Shown here: positions 12,258 to 25,647 of the stretch, piece after piece | Position numbering within the stretch: the first letter of the stretch is position 1 | Layout: the number at the start of each line of letters is the position of its first letter | The notes under the pieces: generated by a model | Seen by the model: the letters and a program-made list of their open reading frames with translations, nothing else | What the model was told of the DNA's origin: nothing | The model's database searches: none | Assembly (NCBI GenBank): GCA_030390025.1 | Contig: CM059432.1 | Span: 37,574,001-37,638,000 of the forward strand | Direction of reading: 5' to 3' | DNA: 64,000 bases | From: Squalus acanthias | Taxonomy: Eukaryota | Position numbers and translations under genes: made by a program

Positions 12258-13605
12258 AGCCGCAGCTCAGTGGTAGCACTCTTGCCTCTGAGTCAGAAGA
12301 TCATGGGTTCATAGTCCCACTCCAGAGACTTGAGTACATAATCTAGGCTGACTTCAGTGCTGTACTGCAAGAGTGCTGCACTGTTGGAGGTGCTGTCTTT
12401 CGGATGAGATGTTAAACTGTGGCCCCATGTGCTCTCTCAGGTGGATGTAAAAGTTCTCATGGCACTATTTGAGAGAAGAACAGGGGAGCTCTCCTAGTAT
12501 CTTCATAGAATGATACAGCACAGAAGGAGGCCATTCAGCCCATTGTGCCTGTGCTGGCTCTTTGAAAGAGCGATGCAATTAGTTCCACTCCCCTGCTCTT
12601 TCTCCATAGCCCTGTAAATTTTTTCACTTCAAGTATGTATCCAATTTGCTTTGGAAAGTTATTATTGACTCTGCTTCCACCACCCTTTCAGGTAGTGCAT
12701 TCTAGATCGTAACAACTCGTTGCATAAAAAATGTTTCCTCATGTCGCCTTTTGTTCTTTTGCTAATTACCTTAAATCTGTGTCCTCTGGTTACCGACCCT
12801 TCTGCCAATGGAAACAATTTCTCCTTATTTACTCTATCAAAAACTTTCATGATTTTGAACACCTCTATCAAATCTCCCATGAACCTTCTCTGCTCTAAGG
12901 AGAACAACCCCGATTTCTTCAGTCTCTCTACGTAACTGAAGTCTTTCCTACCTTGTACCATTCTAGTAAATCTCCTCTGCACCCTCTCGAAGGCCTTGAC
13001 ATCCTTCCTAAAGTGTGGTGCCCAGAATTGGACACAATACTCCAGCTAGAGCCTAACCAGTGTTTTATAAAGGTTTAACATAACTTACTTGCTTTTGTAC
13101 TCTATGCCTCTATTTATATTACCAAGGATCCCATATGCCTTTTTAACAGCCTTCTCAACCTGTCCTGCCACCCTCAAAGACTTGTGTACATACTCCCCAG
13201 ATCTCTCTGTTCCTGCGCCCCCTTTAAAATTGTCCCATTTAGTTTATATTGCCTCTCCTCATTCTTGCTACCTAAATGAATCACTTCACACTTCTCTGCA
13301 TTAAATTTCATCTGCCATGTGTCTGCCCATTTCACCCGTCTGTCTATGTCCTCTGAAGTCTGTTACTATCCTCTTTACTGTTTACTACATTTCCGAGTTT
13401 TGTGTTTTGGCCAACATTTATTCCTCAGCCAATGCCTAAAACAGATTATCTGGTCATTATTTCATTGTATTTGTGGGAGCTTGCTGTGCGCAAATTGCCT
13501 GTCGCGTTTCCTACATTACAACAGTGACTGCACTTCAAAAGTTGGTTGTAAAGTGCTTTGAGACTTCCTGAGGTTGTGAAAGGTGCTATATAAATGCAAG
13601 TCTTA
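12258..13605 (+). mobile_element. Deu-domain SINE split by a CR1 insertion
   Basis: SINE head at 12258-12500; Deu core resumes at ~13405. Confidence 0.75.
12503..13404 (-). mobile_element. CR1 LINE 3' fragment
   Basis: QRRFTRMV...GLFSLEQRR..GDLIEVFKIM motif. Confidence 0.85.
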
Positions 13606-13976
13606 CCTAATATCTCATTGTCCAGGCTAACACTTGAAAAATAGTCACTCAAATGGCCACTCTTTATGCTTGAGCCTGGATAGTGAGTGCAAACCTACTC
13701 TCAGCCAACCACTGTGTATGCGCACTTCCAGCCAATATGGATGGATAGCAATTAGGAGATGATGAGGTTGATTGTAGCATTCTCTTACCTATCTTAGCTG
13801 AGACAGAGCAAGTGAACACAGATAGGGATCAAACCTAGGTCTCTCCCTGGTCTATATTACTGAAAACTGCAGCATTTACAGGACTTTAATTTACATTACT
13901 GCTGACAGAATGAGTGAACTTGAAATCTTGAAATGATCTTTAGTACAGAATGTTTTCGTTTATTTCTTGATCTTAG

Positions 13977-14085
13977 GGTTACCACAGTGAATGGGTCAGA
14001 ACTGCTGATTCACAAGGGGAATAATTTTGGTGATAGTCATCAAACAGTGGTGGTTGATGCCAAGCACATGTCAAGAGACTGGAAG
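13977..14085 (+). CDS. Exon 3 (VTTVNGSELLIHKGNNFGDSHQTVVVDAKHMSRDWK)
   Basis: Acceptor tttcttgatcttag, donor AAG|gtatgg; 109 nt; phases 2/0. Confidence 0.85.
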
Positions 14086-14219
14086 GTATGGATTAACCAT
14101 TTGATAAAATGCATATCAAAGTGAACTGTGTGTATTGGCCAAACACGAACACTAACCTTTACATCCATTTTGTGATGCAATAAACAGAATTTATTTAATT
14201 TGTGTTCATAATTTTGCAG

Positions 14220-14348
14220 GTAGTGGAACAAAGTAATGTCCAAGGATCAAAAGTCTCAGACTTTGTTAAAGCTGGTGGCAAAGATTACAACCTCTTCAAT
14301 GACAACTGTCAACATGCTGCAAGGAACATGATGAAAGAAGCCAAATAA
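14220..14348 (+). CDS. Exon 4 (VVEQSNVQGSKVSDFVKAGGKDYNLFNDNCQHAARNMMKEAK*)
   Basis: Acceptor attttgcag; phase 0; contains Y-x-L-x-x-x-N-C-x-H; TAA at 14346-14348. Confidence 0.85.
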   Translation, partial: VVEQSNVQGSKVSDFVKAGGKDYNLFNDNCQHAARNMMKEAK

Positions 14349-14564
14349 TGGTCTCAGAGGCATTGCTTATTTTTCTTAGGTCATTGCTAGTAGAATTTAG
14401 GAATTGTTTGCATAAACTGATCATTGGTCTTAATGAAAAAGTAGGAAAATGTAAGCTTTTATCTGCCGGCTCTCTTCATGCTACCTGTTTTGTGGCTGGT
14501 GTCACAACTATATTGCGCTCAGACCACCTGGAGTCCAAAGTAACAGCAAATTACAGCAACAAAA

Positions 14565-14570
14565 AATAAA
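14565..14570 (+). terminator. Candidate polyadenylation signal of the 4-exon gene
   Basis: AATAAA about 215 nt after the stop, followed by GT-rich ggtttgtttgttg. Confidence 0.55.
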
Positions 14571-15348
14571 ATACTCTACAAACTGTACAAAATAGGTTTG
14601 TTTGTTGAAGCTGAGAAGGACGTGGTTAGATCTGTTGAAGATTTTTCAACTTGTATTTTTAATTTAATTAGTAGTGTAAGTTTCCAGTTTGTCCTGATCA
14701 CAAGTTAATGTGAATGCAGAGCTGGCATATTTAAATGTAAAGCTTTCGAGACTACAAAGCATGTATTACTAGTAGTGTAAAATAGGATGGGCTTATTAGG
14801 AGTAATTGTACAAAACTGTGCTGCTGGGTTGGAGCCTTGTGCACCAGGAGCACATATTGGAAATCTGGGTACACAAGTTGTCAACAGTAGTCACCTCACC
14901 ATGTGTCAGAAACTGCTGGGCATATATCCCAATCATTACACCTATTGTTATTCCCAGAAAGTATCCCTCTTTTAAAAGCTGGGCCCTGGAGATCTAGATC
15001 CCGAGCCCACCAGCTGTGGATGGAGGTGAACACACCCTTTAGCGAGGTGCTTCCTGATCCTCCTCCAACACTTGCACCTGCTCGTGTTCACTTGTACCCT
15101 GTGCATTGCCCGTTGTGATGCCCTCCAACTGATCATCTGGATCCCCTGGCGTGGACGGCTCTGTGCTGGTGCTTGCCAGAATGAGATGCAGTGACGTGGT
15201 GCCAGGCAAGATCCTCGGTGACTGCTCCTGGGAGGGCTCCACTGCCATGTCTTCTGCCATGTCTGTTGAGACAGAAAGAGCAAACTGATAGGAAAAGGAA
15301 CTCAGAGCAACATAGCATCAAACTGCCCTTAGCAAGCAACTAGTATAG

Positions 15349-15479
15349 TAGGGTGACCATATTTTCTAAACTGTATCCGGGGACGCACAGGGTGGGAGCA
15401 CAGCAAAGTAGCCAGGACGGAAAATGTAGCATGCACAGAGTAGCGAGGCAAAATTATTTAGCAGCCTATATTTTAACAT

Positions 15480-15516
<37 letters not shown>

Positions 15517-15723
15517 GATAATTACTGCAGACGTGACGTCACACTATTGAAGCGCATTCAGACACCTGAACACCCACTCCTTCCACCCAGTGACTGAGGT
15601 CACACCTGATCCTCCTCCCCCAGTGACTGAGGTCACACCTGATCCTCCCCCCCCGCAGTGACTGAGGTCACACCTGATCCCCCCGCCCTCCCCTCCGGGA
15701 ATTGGGGACATATGGTCACCCTA
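15349..15723. mobile_element. hAT-superfamily MITE
   Basis: 14-bp TIR TAGGGTGACCATAT; 8-bp TSD tagtatag (15341-15348, 15724-15731); three internal copies of cagtgactgaggtcacacctgatcc. Confidence 0.9.
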
Positions 15724-16350
15724 TAGTATAGTGCTGTGGATGTATGTCAGCCTGTGTGCCAGTGCTTGTGGGAGGATCAAGGATAGAGTGTGAAGGAAGG
15801 ATCATTGTCATATAAATTCTTTCCTGACTCATAGGGAAAGAGATTGGCATTCATTGCGCCCATTTTTCGGGCATATACAATGACAAATTTAGCAGTGGGA
15901 CTGCCCCGACCCAATCTATGCATGGGTTTGGGCCACTCCTAAATTTATTGGGCACATTTTTTAGGCATCCTGGGTGGCCGCCTAAAACAGGCATTAGGCC
16001 CCTTGCATTTGTTAATGAGGCACCTCCTGGAATGGATGGAATGTTGGCCGGCAGGATTTAAATCAGGCCTGGGGGTTAAAATGTCCCAGACCTTATTTCT
16101 AGAGTAGTGAGTGAGTTTTCGAGCTCGCACCTGCCGAAAACTGGCCCAAAGTTAAAATCGGCACCCTTAAGATATTTTCTCAAGAGCTGCATCACTGACC
16201 ATTTCCAAATGTGGGCTTCAGGTCCCTTATGTTCCGGAGTGTACCCTTTCCTGCCCAATATCTAGTTGAATAACAGCATAATGTTGGGATCATATCAGAG
16301 AACTCTTACTCCAACACCTAACATGTATCACAAGCTGTCATATGAAATGT

Positions 16351-17672
16351 TGTGAAGGAATAAGCCATATAACCTATTCAGAAAAATACACCATTCTATG
16401 AAAGAATTCTGGCCTTATTAAAATATGACAAACTGGGTTTGGAAATCTGGAAGCCTCAACAATCTAAAGCTGTAACAGCATACAGCCTATTGAGATAAGA
16501 TAGTTGTTGACACTGAATCAATAACCTCATTGAAACAGAAGGTTGGAGGCTCCTGACGGTCTGAATCTTTGGAAAGAAGACAATGGTGCACCCTGGTTAA
16601 GGTGTTCTAAGTTACACTTCGTAAACAGGCACATAAAATTAAGAAACATATGCCTTCGTAAAAATGACATCAAGTAAAAGAAACACCTGCCGTTACACCG
16701 GTTTTGTGTTAAGCTTAAGACACCTACACAGGAGACATAATTCTGTATTGCAACCAGCTGAGGTGACTAAGAATTGCATAGATCACCCTAGTTAAGGTGT
16801 TCTAATTGCAAGAGCACAAACAGAAGGCCTTAGTAAAAATGACATCAAATAGAAACACCTGCTGTTACATCGTTTTTTATGGTAAGCTTCGAATACCTAG
16901 AGGAGAGACACGAGTCTGTATTGTTACCAGCTGAGGTAACTGTAAGAATAGCAGGGGTCAGCAGAAAAATGACTAGAGATAATTAGCTTACATCAGCAGA
17001 AAACTTCAAAGGAAATACCACTGAAAAAGGGTATAAATATTGAACTTTCAAATGGGATAATAGATTCGCTGTAAAGGGGCAAAGTGATTCTCGGCTTCAG
17101 AGGCAGGCTCTGTAAGTCTACAACTCTTTGTACCTCGGGGATCAACGGTACTGTATTTGATTTTGGTGGATATTCTGAATAAGACTCAGAACTGTAAAAC
17201 TGTAGAGAAGTTAAGATTTGAGAGTAAGGATCTCTGATAATACAATTGTAAGCTTTCTGTTTTTGGAACTGTTAATGTTGTGATTGACTCACCAACTGTA
17301 AAATACATGTCGGTTCTTTAATAAATCTATATATTTTTAGAATTGTCTCACATAATACTTCTGTATCAAACTCGCAAACTCAATCTCTGTACACTCTTTG
17401 GTGAGGAGTTGCAGAATTCTGGGGAAGTTTTCCGGACCCTCATAATATCCGGAACATTAAAGTCTAGCTAAACTTATTAAAAATGCTATCTGGCGGACGG
17501 TAACATCTTCAGGTTGTTCCTTTCCTTTAGGGAGAGATGGTCCAGACCTTTAGACCCAATTAAGCGTCTTTAGGATTCGGCTACCTCAAACTTTAGTTGA
17601 AAGTGAACGTCTGGGGAATACGCCTGATCTGGGGTAGCCCTAAAGGGGCTAGGACTAGTAATTATCCCTTCA
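16351..17672 (+). mobile_element. Solo LTR (ERV-like)
   Basis: TGTGAAGG...CCTTCA termini with atgt on both flanks; ~190-bp tandem duplication in the U3-like part; TATAAA near 17032 and AATAAA near 17320. Confidence 0.7.
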
Positions 17673-18794
17673 ATGTCATCTCTTTACAGACAGTGGACTA
17701 CACAAGCACTCTTACCAAGTTGAGACAAAGGTTTCAAACCAACAAATAGTTCTTTTTACATGAGTTAGATGAATCAACACTACACAGTTTTCACAGTGAT
17801 ATATATTTTCCCTATACTCTGGCCAGAATTTGTGGTATTTTTCTGAACTGGGTGGAATTCTGGTGGAAGTGGAAGTGGGTTCCACCCAAAATTCTGCTGC
17901 CCTGGCAGATGACATGCCCACCGTCTGCCCTCATTGGCCACCGGCATTTCAGGGCTGACATGTCTGCCTACCAAGTTGTCCATCACAGAGGCCTCGAGCC
18001 AACCATGGACCTGTCCTCTTTCCAAAGGGCTTGGAAATAGCTGTCAAACAAAGTCACTTCCCTGGGTTGAGGTACTATCCTTTGCTGCTTGACTAGGGGC
18101 CTCCAGAGGTCTATCTGCCTGACTGTGCCCCAAAATGTGCACATTGAATCGAATAACACTTTAAGCAGCAATACATTGCTGCAATATTTCTGTGGGACAA
18201 TGGGACCATCTTTAACAATAGCATAAGATGTTTGAGTTATAAATAGAGTCCTCATTAACACTATAAACCATTTATGAAAGCAGAAGGCTCAACCACATGG
18301 AGTTGACTAGAGTCATATTTAGACCTTACCAGGTCGAGGTTGTAGCATCTCTTCCCTGAAAGATATTAGTGAACCATTTGGATTTTCATGACAATCCGGC
18401 TATTTTTGTGATTATTTTTCTTGTTCCAACCCATAAATGACGAGATTTATTGAATTCATTTACACAATTTGCCATGACAGGATTTAACTTGCCTGTGGGT
18501 GGCAAGTCAGGTAAATGAAGTTGAATTACAGATCAGCCATGAGCTAACTGAATGGCAGAACAGGCTCAAGGGGCCGAATGGCCTTCTCCTGTTCTTATGC
18601 TCCTAAGTCTAGTACCAACTTGAAGACATGTGTAGCATGCATGCCGTGGGCATGGAAGGCACGTCAGCAGCTGGTCTTGTGTATGCTGGTGCTGATGGAA
18701 GGGTTGCAAGGCAAAACAAGTGGTGGAAAGTGCACAGAGAAGGCCATAGACAACCATAGGTAGGAGGAGAAATACAGAAGGAATGAAAATTCTT

Positions 18795-20912
18795 CCACAG
18801 CACCTCCCAAAACTCTACCACCTAGCAGGACAAGGGCAGCAGGCACATGGGAACACCATCACCTCCAAGTTCCCCTCCAAGTCACACACTATCCTGACTT
18901 GGAAATATATTGCCGTTCCTTCATCGTCGCTGAGTCAAAATCCTGGAACTCCCTCCCTAAAAGCACTGTGGGAGTAACTTCACCACGCGGACTGCAGCGA
19001 TTCAAGAAGGTGGCTCACCACCACCTTCTCAAGGGAAATCAGGGATGGGCAATAAAAGCTGGCCTTGCCAGCGACGCCCACATCCCAGTGTAGGTTTCAC
19101 AAAATCCCCCAGAAACTCAAACAGAACCCTAAAGGGGGTGATTTTTGGATTTTTCATACAAATTAGGGACGATGGGACCTAAGTGAAGTAATTTGAGGTA
19201 AAAACCTCAGTTTTGGACATTCTTAAGGACCAGGGAAGAAAAAACCCTGAGGAAAATGACTTTTGGATATTACTGTTGGGAAAAACACCTTTCACAGACA
19301 CAAGACAGGCCGCGGAGGGGTGTGGCGAGGCAGTGGACAGCTTTTGGCTATTGGGGCCCAGTCAAGCTGTCTGGGAATTGTTTGCACTGCAATCCAACCA
19401 AGGAGGAAGAGCCTCACCCAAAATCTCACATACACATCCAAATATGAATAATCCAAGACCCCTTTTGAAATTCCCAGGCCCAAACAGGATGCTAGAAGCC
19501 TGAAAACAATAAACATCCAGTACACCCATTACTCCATCAAAAACCAATCAGCCAAGTATCTACAGGGACAGATTAACAAGCCTGCCAAAAACCTAAGACA
19601 AAAGGGACAAGATTTGGCGTGTAGATAAAGGCCCTGCCTAAATGGGAGACATCGGAAGCCATCAGGACAATTTAACACCAAGTTAAAATCATCAAAACTT
19701 AACAAGCCCGCCAAAACCTAAGACAATGGAATGAACAGGCCTCAACTGAAGCCTAAATCACTTCAACACGAAACCGATTTAGTAAAGGGGTTTTGGCACG
19801 AAAAAGACAAAGGGCCTGAACAGTATAATTGAGGGCCTAATCCCCCAAGAAAGTTAGTTCCAGCAAGACACAGCAAGTTACTCACCACTATGGAGGGCCA
19901 CACGACACGAGCAGGAGGAGGCGAGAAGCAGCAAGGCCACGAGGCAGACCCGAGGCGAGATCGGAGGCAGGGACAGACAAGGCCAGGCAAGGGCTAGAAC
20001 TGAGACCACAAGCTGGGAGCGAGTCGGCATCGCTCAACATACGGTCCAGCTCTAGTAGGTACTAGCCAAGGCCACTGGAAGCTGGGAGCGAGTCAGCATC
20101 GCTCAATCCACGGTCCAGCTCCAGGAGGTACCGCCCCAACAGGCCTCCAACGCAACAAACTAACAACCAGAGCCACCAAGGGCTCCACGAGGTGAACTGA
20201 CACTCGAAAATACCGTGGAAACCAAGACCCCGCGCAACAACCAACCACCAGGCAACCACGACCAAGAACCAGACCAACACCAGGGAAAAACCGAAGACAC
20301 GCAAGTTTACCCACTACAAACTATTCCTGACTTACCCCTGAGTAAGATTTTCCGTTAAAAAAACTCTAAACCCTACCTCTAAGGGAGAAAAATCGGGTAC
20401 TTACCTGATAAAGTCCAATACGCACCTTACCGCATCTGCGGACAAACCCAAACTGACCTGGAGTGCAGCTGGAGTCTTCTTCCACGTCCGGGGTACGGCA
20501 GGTCCCAACAATCAAAAACCTTAGTGAACCCCGAAATCGCGAAATACCTCAACTGTCAAGAACTGTCATTGGTGAGCATTATCCCTGATCCTTTGGAATT
20601 GTAACCTAGCTAGACAGTGGGATTGGGAGGGATAAGGGTTTTTGTATATTGTCATTCTCCCTCGCCTGTACCGTGTGTTCTCCAACCTGTGTTTAAGCAT
20701 TTAAGTATGTTTTAAGTTTGTTACCTTTTTCTTTTAATAAAAGTCAAAATTCTTTCATCAGAACCTGTTGTCTACTGCATCTTTGTTCACAACCCCTAAA
20801 TAAGTCCACGGTCTAGAACCAGGGGCGTGGGAGCGATTCGAACCACTCACTGAGTCAGAGGTGAAACTGACCCCACACTCCACCCCCTACACCAGGAACT
20901 AATTAAAAAAAA
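18795..20912 (+). mobile_element. Non-LTR retrotransposon 3' end split by a solo LTR
   Basis: SKSWNSLP...HHHLLKGN; the A-tail lies after the LTR, at ~20900. Confidence 0.7.
19089..20891 (+). mobile_element. Solo LTR (1803 bp), same family as 3020-3931
   Basis: TGTAGG...CCTACA termini; 4-bp TSD ccag (19085-19088, 20892-20895); AATAAA near 20736. Confidence 0.85.
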
Positions 20913-23699
20913 ATCTCCAGGAAACTGTGGGACTGATGTCATCACTTCCAGCGCACAGTTGGACTGCAGGTTGCCAGTTGGCAAGTGAGGTAAAGGCAAT
21001 CATCTCAGATTGGGGTGCATCAAAGTAAGATTAACATTGAGGAAGCAGTTGCTTCACCTAAGATAATGCCTATGCCTATCGAATGCTTTCTCAGGATCCA
21101 ATTGCGCAGCATAAATGGGGCTTCCGCTGCACTTGTGGGGAAGTTACAGTGGCGTAATGGGAGCAGCTCCAAGGAAATTCGCAATCATGGTCATACTAGC
21201 AATACAATCAGATTAAAGGGCAGAGACTCGGAAAACCTATCCTTTAGGGTACATTTTACCACTGCGCATACCTGGCATGGAGCCTCGGAATAGGCCCGAG
21301 GAACTGAATGCCCTACTCCTGTTCCTATATTCCTTACCAACCTGGAGTGAATATCAGGAAATCAAGGATGTGCTTCCAATAGTGGGAAACAGGTCGATGA
21401 TTTCCCAAGATATACCGTGGCGGGCACAATATCTTGTGTGTGGCCTTGGAAAATCTACCCTTCAGAATAAACAATCAAATTACCTCAGAGTAGCACATAC
21501 GTACTGTCGTCTCACAGACATCACTTGATCACTGTGTTTACTTCACAGAGATGCCAACTCCATCTGAATGAGGAGTCACTCATTTTTAATGTAAAAATGA
21601 CATTACACTGTTTAGTTAGTAGCTTGCTGGTGTTAGAATGTCTGCAGTCCTTTTTATTTGTAATTTCACTGCTAACAATGTCGCTTAAATAAGACTGCTC
21701 CTTCCCAGTTACTGCATTTTAATATTATAATGCGTGTCTGGGCATGTTTGAGGTCAATTCCCTGTCATCCCTCCCATACCTCAATCACTCGTTAATAGTG
21801 ACACACCAAATGTTCACATGTACTCACCGAATGTTTAGTGAAAGGTAGTAACACCTGGCTGTTCTGCTGAGGACGGGGAGTATAGAAGCACCAGCTCCTC
21901 ATTGTTGTGCTTTCAAAATCATTTGGATTTTCAAATTTGAGTCATAAAAATTAGCAAAGTATTTACAAAGCATTTGAATGACACCTATTGTCAGAAGGCT
22001 GGTACTGCATGGTATTTGTCTCTTATCACAGATATAAACTGCAAAGTTCAGCTGGCACAACAGGTTAGATTGGGGACCAACACTAAAATTCATTCCACAG
22101 CCTGAGAGGATGTTTGCTCAGGGCAGGATCTGTCATGGCTGTGATGACCCCATGAATACATAGACTGCGGACAGTCAAGGCTAGATTCTCCTTGCCCGAT
22201 TTTGGGTGTGATAGCAGCAGGGAAAATTTGGGCAGTTAGGCCTACCGCCACCTCACCGCCCTGCCCCTCCCTCCACCCAGACTGAGGACTGCCGCTGGCC
22301 ATTCCTTCCCCGACCATCGTATGCAAATGCCGCTGGGGGGATGGGGGTCCGCATCCCGAGACAATTTTCCTCGCATCCACCCCGCACACTGCCAGGTGGA
22401 AGGTGGTGGTATGCCCAGGACAGTGGTGGTAATGGCCCTCAAGTCAGGGAACGGAAAGGAGAGGACCTTGTAAAGTCTCCTCTCCTTCCAACTCGGGCCC
22501 AGTACTTATCTGCTGAGGGCCGCGGTATAGGGGGCTGTAATTTGAGGTGTAAATCAGATACGCCAAAGGGGAGAATTTTAACTCCTTCCGGCCGGAGGAA
22601 AGCTCTTTTACCACCTTCTGGCTATTTTAGCATTGCTGTTTTCTTGGGTGATTGAGGAGCCCACTTGATGCAGGCGGGAGCCTCATGAATACATGTAAAT
22701 CGGGGTCCTATGATGTACGTAGGACCCTGAAGCTATTTTAACAACCTACTGGGGCTGTGGATGTATCTGGCAGGTTATAAGTGTAAAAAATATTTTTTGT
22801 GGGGCCAGGACGTCTCTGTGGAACCCAGCAATGTGACTCTGGGCACCCATTTTGGGCAGGCAGCTCGCCACAGCTATGTTAATACGGCCCGCCCATTAAA
22901 ATGGACCGTGGTCTCTCACAGCACCTCCCGGGTGACAGGCCCACCCATGTGTTCTGCCGGCTGACTGTCTGGAAATTAAAATTCTCCCTCAGAATCGCAC
23001 CCTTTAACAACAACGATTTGCGCTTATATAGCACCTTTAACATAGAAAAACATCCCAAAGTTCTTCACAGAAGTGTAAACAGACAAAAAAAAAGTTAATT
23101 TGAATTAAGCAACCACCAGTACTTAAACAACCAGCTAGTCTAGTGTCAGCTTGGTTCAGTAATAACCGTTCGGCTCACGGATTACAATCAATCATCCAAA
23201 TCAGTAAATTCTGGGTTCAAGCTCCTTTCCAAGACGTGTACTTCCAGCAACCAATCTACTGACAATGACTATAGAAGACTGTGTCCAATTTGTAAAGTAG
23301 AAATTGGTTGATCTCCTGTGTCTTTCTATTTGTCATCCACTCTTTTTGCCTCACTTTCTTGTTCTTTTTTGGCTCTGAGACACCAAGTGTTCTGGGTAGG
23401 TTTGTGTTGTGTTAATTTAAGATGTGGAATATATCTAATGAATAAAATGGAAAGCAATTCTTAAAATGGAACTACTGGTTCCTGTAAAAAAAAAGCTTCA
23501 GAAAGAAAGACTTGCATTTAAATAGCGCCTTTCGTGATCTTAGGATGTCTCAAAGTGCTTTACAGCCAATTAAGTGTAGTCACTGTTGTACTGTAGGAAT
23601 CAGGACATATAATTGGGGAATAAATTAAACAATTTATCACTGGTAATTATTGAAGATTGCAAAAACATCCACTTCGTGGCACTGCTTTCTCCTCGTTCC

Positions 23700-25429
23700 A
23701 TTCAAACTTGTCCCAAAAGGACAGTACATATTATCATCGGTGTACCATAGAGCATCCCCTCCTCCTCATTCTCTGTATACTGCCCCTTGGTGACATCATC
23801 CAGAAACATGAGCTCACATTCCGTATGTAGCTGATATTGCCCGCCTTTACTTTCCTGTCTTCTCTTTTAATTCCAGGACTATTGCTTGACTCTCCAAGTG
23901 CCTAACGAATTTCAAATCTTCGAGGAATCTATATTTACTCCAACTCAATGTAGGCAGACTTGACATCCTTTTTAGCTCCCAGCACCTTCTCCTCTTAACT
24001 CCATCATCCTCCGGTGATTGCCACTTTGGGTTAAGTCTGGTGCTGTGATACCTTAACAATTTGCTTGATCCAGAGATTAGCTTTCTTCCCCATATCTGCT
24101 CCATCACCAAGGCTGCTTTCAAACAGCATCCACCTCCACCACCGCTCCTACCTCTCCCTCACTGCTGACAAGACTCCAGTCTTTGCCTTTATCACATTGA
24201 GATTCATCTTCTCTAATGTTCTCCTGGCCGACCTTACCAATTCCACCCTCCATAAACTTTATCCGAGTCCTTTTGCCAACGTCCTTATCCACTCAAAGCC
24301 TCCACACTTCCAAGCTCCCTTGCATCCTCTGACATAGTCAGAATCCAAGGGGAGGAACCTCCGCATCTGCTCCAACCTCAACCCATTTTCCTGGGTTTGA
24401 ATACATTCCATACATCCCAGCAGGATTTCTGCCATCAAGACGGGGTCAGTCAATTGCAACTGAGGAAACTCAGTACTGCAGCAGGGAGGCAGTGAGGGAC
24501 CTGAAAGGGGTAGAAGGTCAGAATAAAGTTTCCCACTGAAGGCCTCGGCTGAGATTGAAGCCTGCAACAGGTTAAGTGTTTGGGGCGAATGGAAGTAGAG
24601 GGCACGCTCTATATTGGAGCAACTCAGGGCCCACCACCATCTTCCCCATGGCAGCCGCAGGAAGCAGCAATAAGTGGGGTGGATAGAAGGAAAAACAGCC
24701 AGGGACTCAGGCCCTACATACCTGTCATCATTTGCATGAGGTGAGAGGGGAAGCAGTGCAGTCTCAGTGGGATAAGGGGAGGGAAATCCTGGTTGCGGTG
24801 GTGAGGTGGCGGTAGGCTCCATTGCCCAAATTTTCTGAAATTCCCCACCGTGATCCTACCCGATTTAGACTGCAGATGGTCAGGGCTGGATAACGTAGCT
24901 AAACCGCCAGCCAAGACACAAATAGCATGAAGAGAGCAGGCGGATAAAATGGCACATTGTCCTTTTTTTAAAAAAAAAGGAAATCACTGAATCTATACCT
25001 TGGCACTTCTCCTTGACTGCCCGAACTCTCATTATACTACCAAATGTATCTGACACCCCTTGTATATCTACCTGGCAATAACCATGAGGAACTGGCTTGT
25101 CATTGCCTAGGTCCATTGGCTCCCCATGCTCGAGCGAATCGATTTTAAGAACCTTACCCTCACTTTCACATCCTTCCATGGCCTCATCCTACTGTACTTC
25201 TTCTGCTCCTCTGACACTGGTCTACTACTTGTCCTCTGCTCCACTGTTGGTGGCTGTTCTTTCAACCATATAATTCCTACCCTGTATAACTCCATCCCTA
25301 AATCCCAGCGCCATGCTGTCTCCCTACCTGCAGTCTAAGGTCTCTTCAACTGTACTTTCTGTTACACTTCTATCCTGGTCTTCCCTTTTGCTCAGTATCC
25401 ACTTGTTCCTCCACTCTGTAAAACACTTT
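23700..25429 (+). mobile_element. Old, degenerate L2 LINE interrupted by a GC-rich MITE-like insert (~24335-24890)
   Basis: Decayed RT motifs (GVP..SI.P.LL.ILY.LPLGDII; HWLP..ERIDFK). The tail continues after 30282. Confidence 0.55.
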
Positions 25430-25552
25430 GGGGTAGAAATTCATTATAGCGCAGGAATGGGCGCTAACTTTAGAGATGATTGAAATTTAGCGCCAGGCGC
25501 TAATGAATCTCACTGCACACAAAATTCAGTGTCATTGCTCAAAGAAAGGATG

Positions 25553-25647
25553 ATGTGGAGATGCCGGTGTTGGACTGGGGTGGACAAATGTGAGAAGTCA
25601 CACAACACCAGGTTATAGTCCAACAGCTTTATTTGAAATCACAATCA
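25553..25647 (-). mobile_element. Short Penelope-type terminal fragment
   Basis: Nearly identical to 38418-38509; TSD caaagaaaggatg (25540-25552, 25648-25660). Confidence 0.8.
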
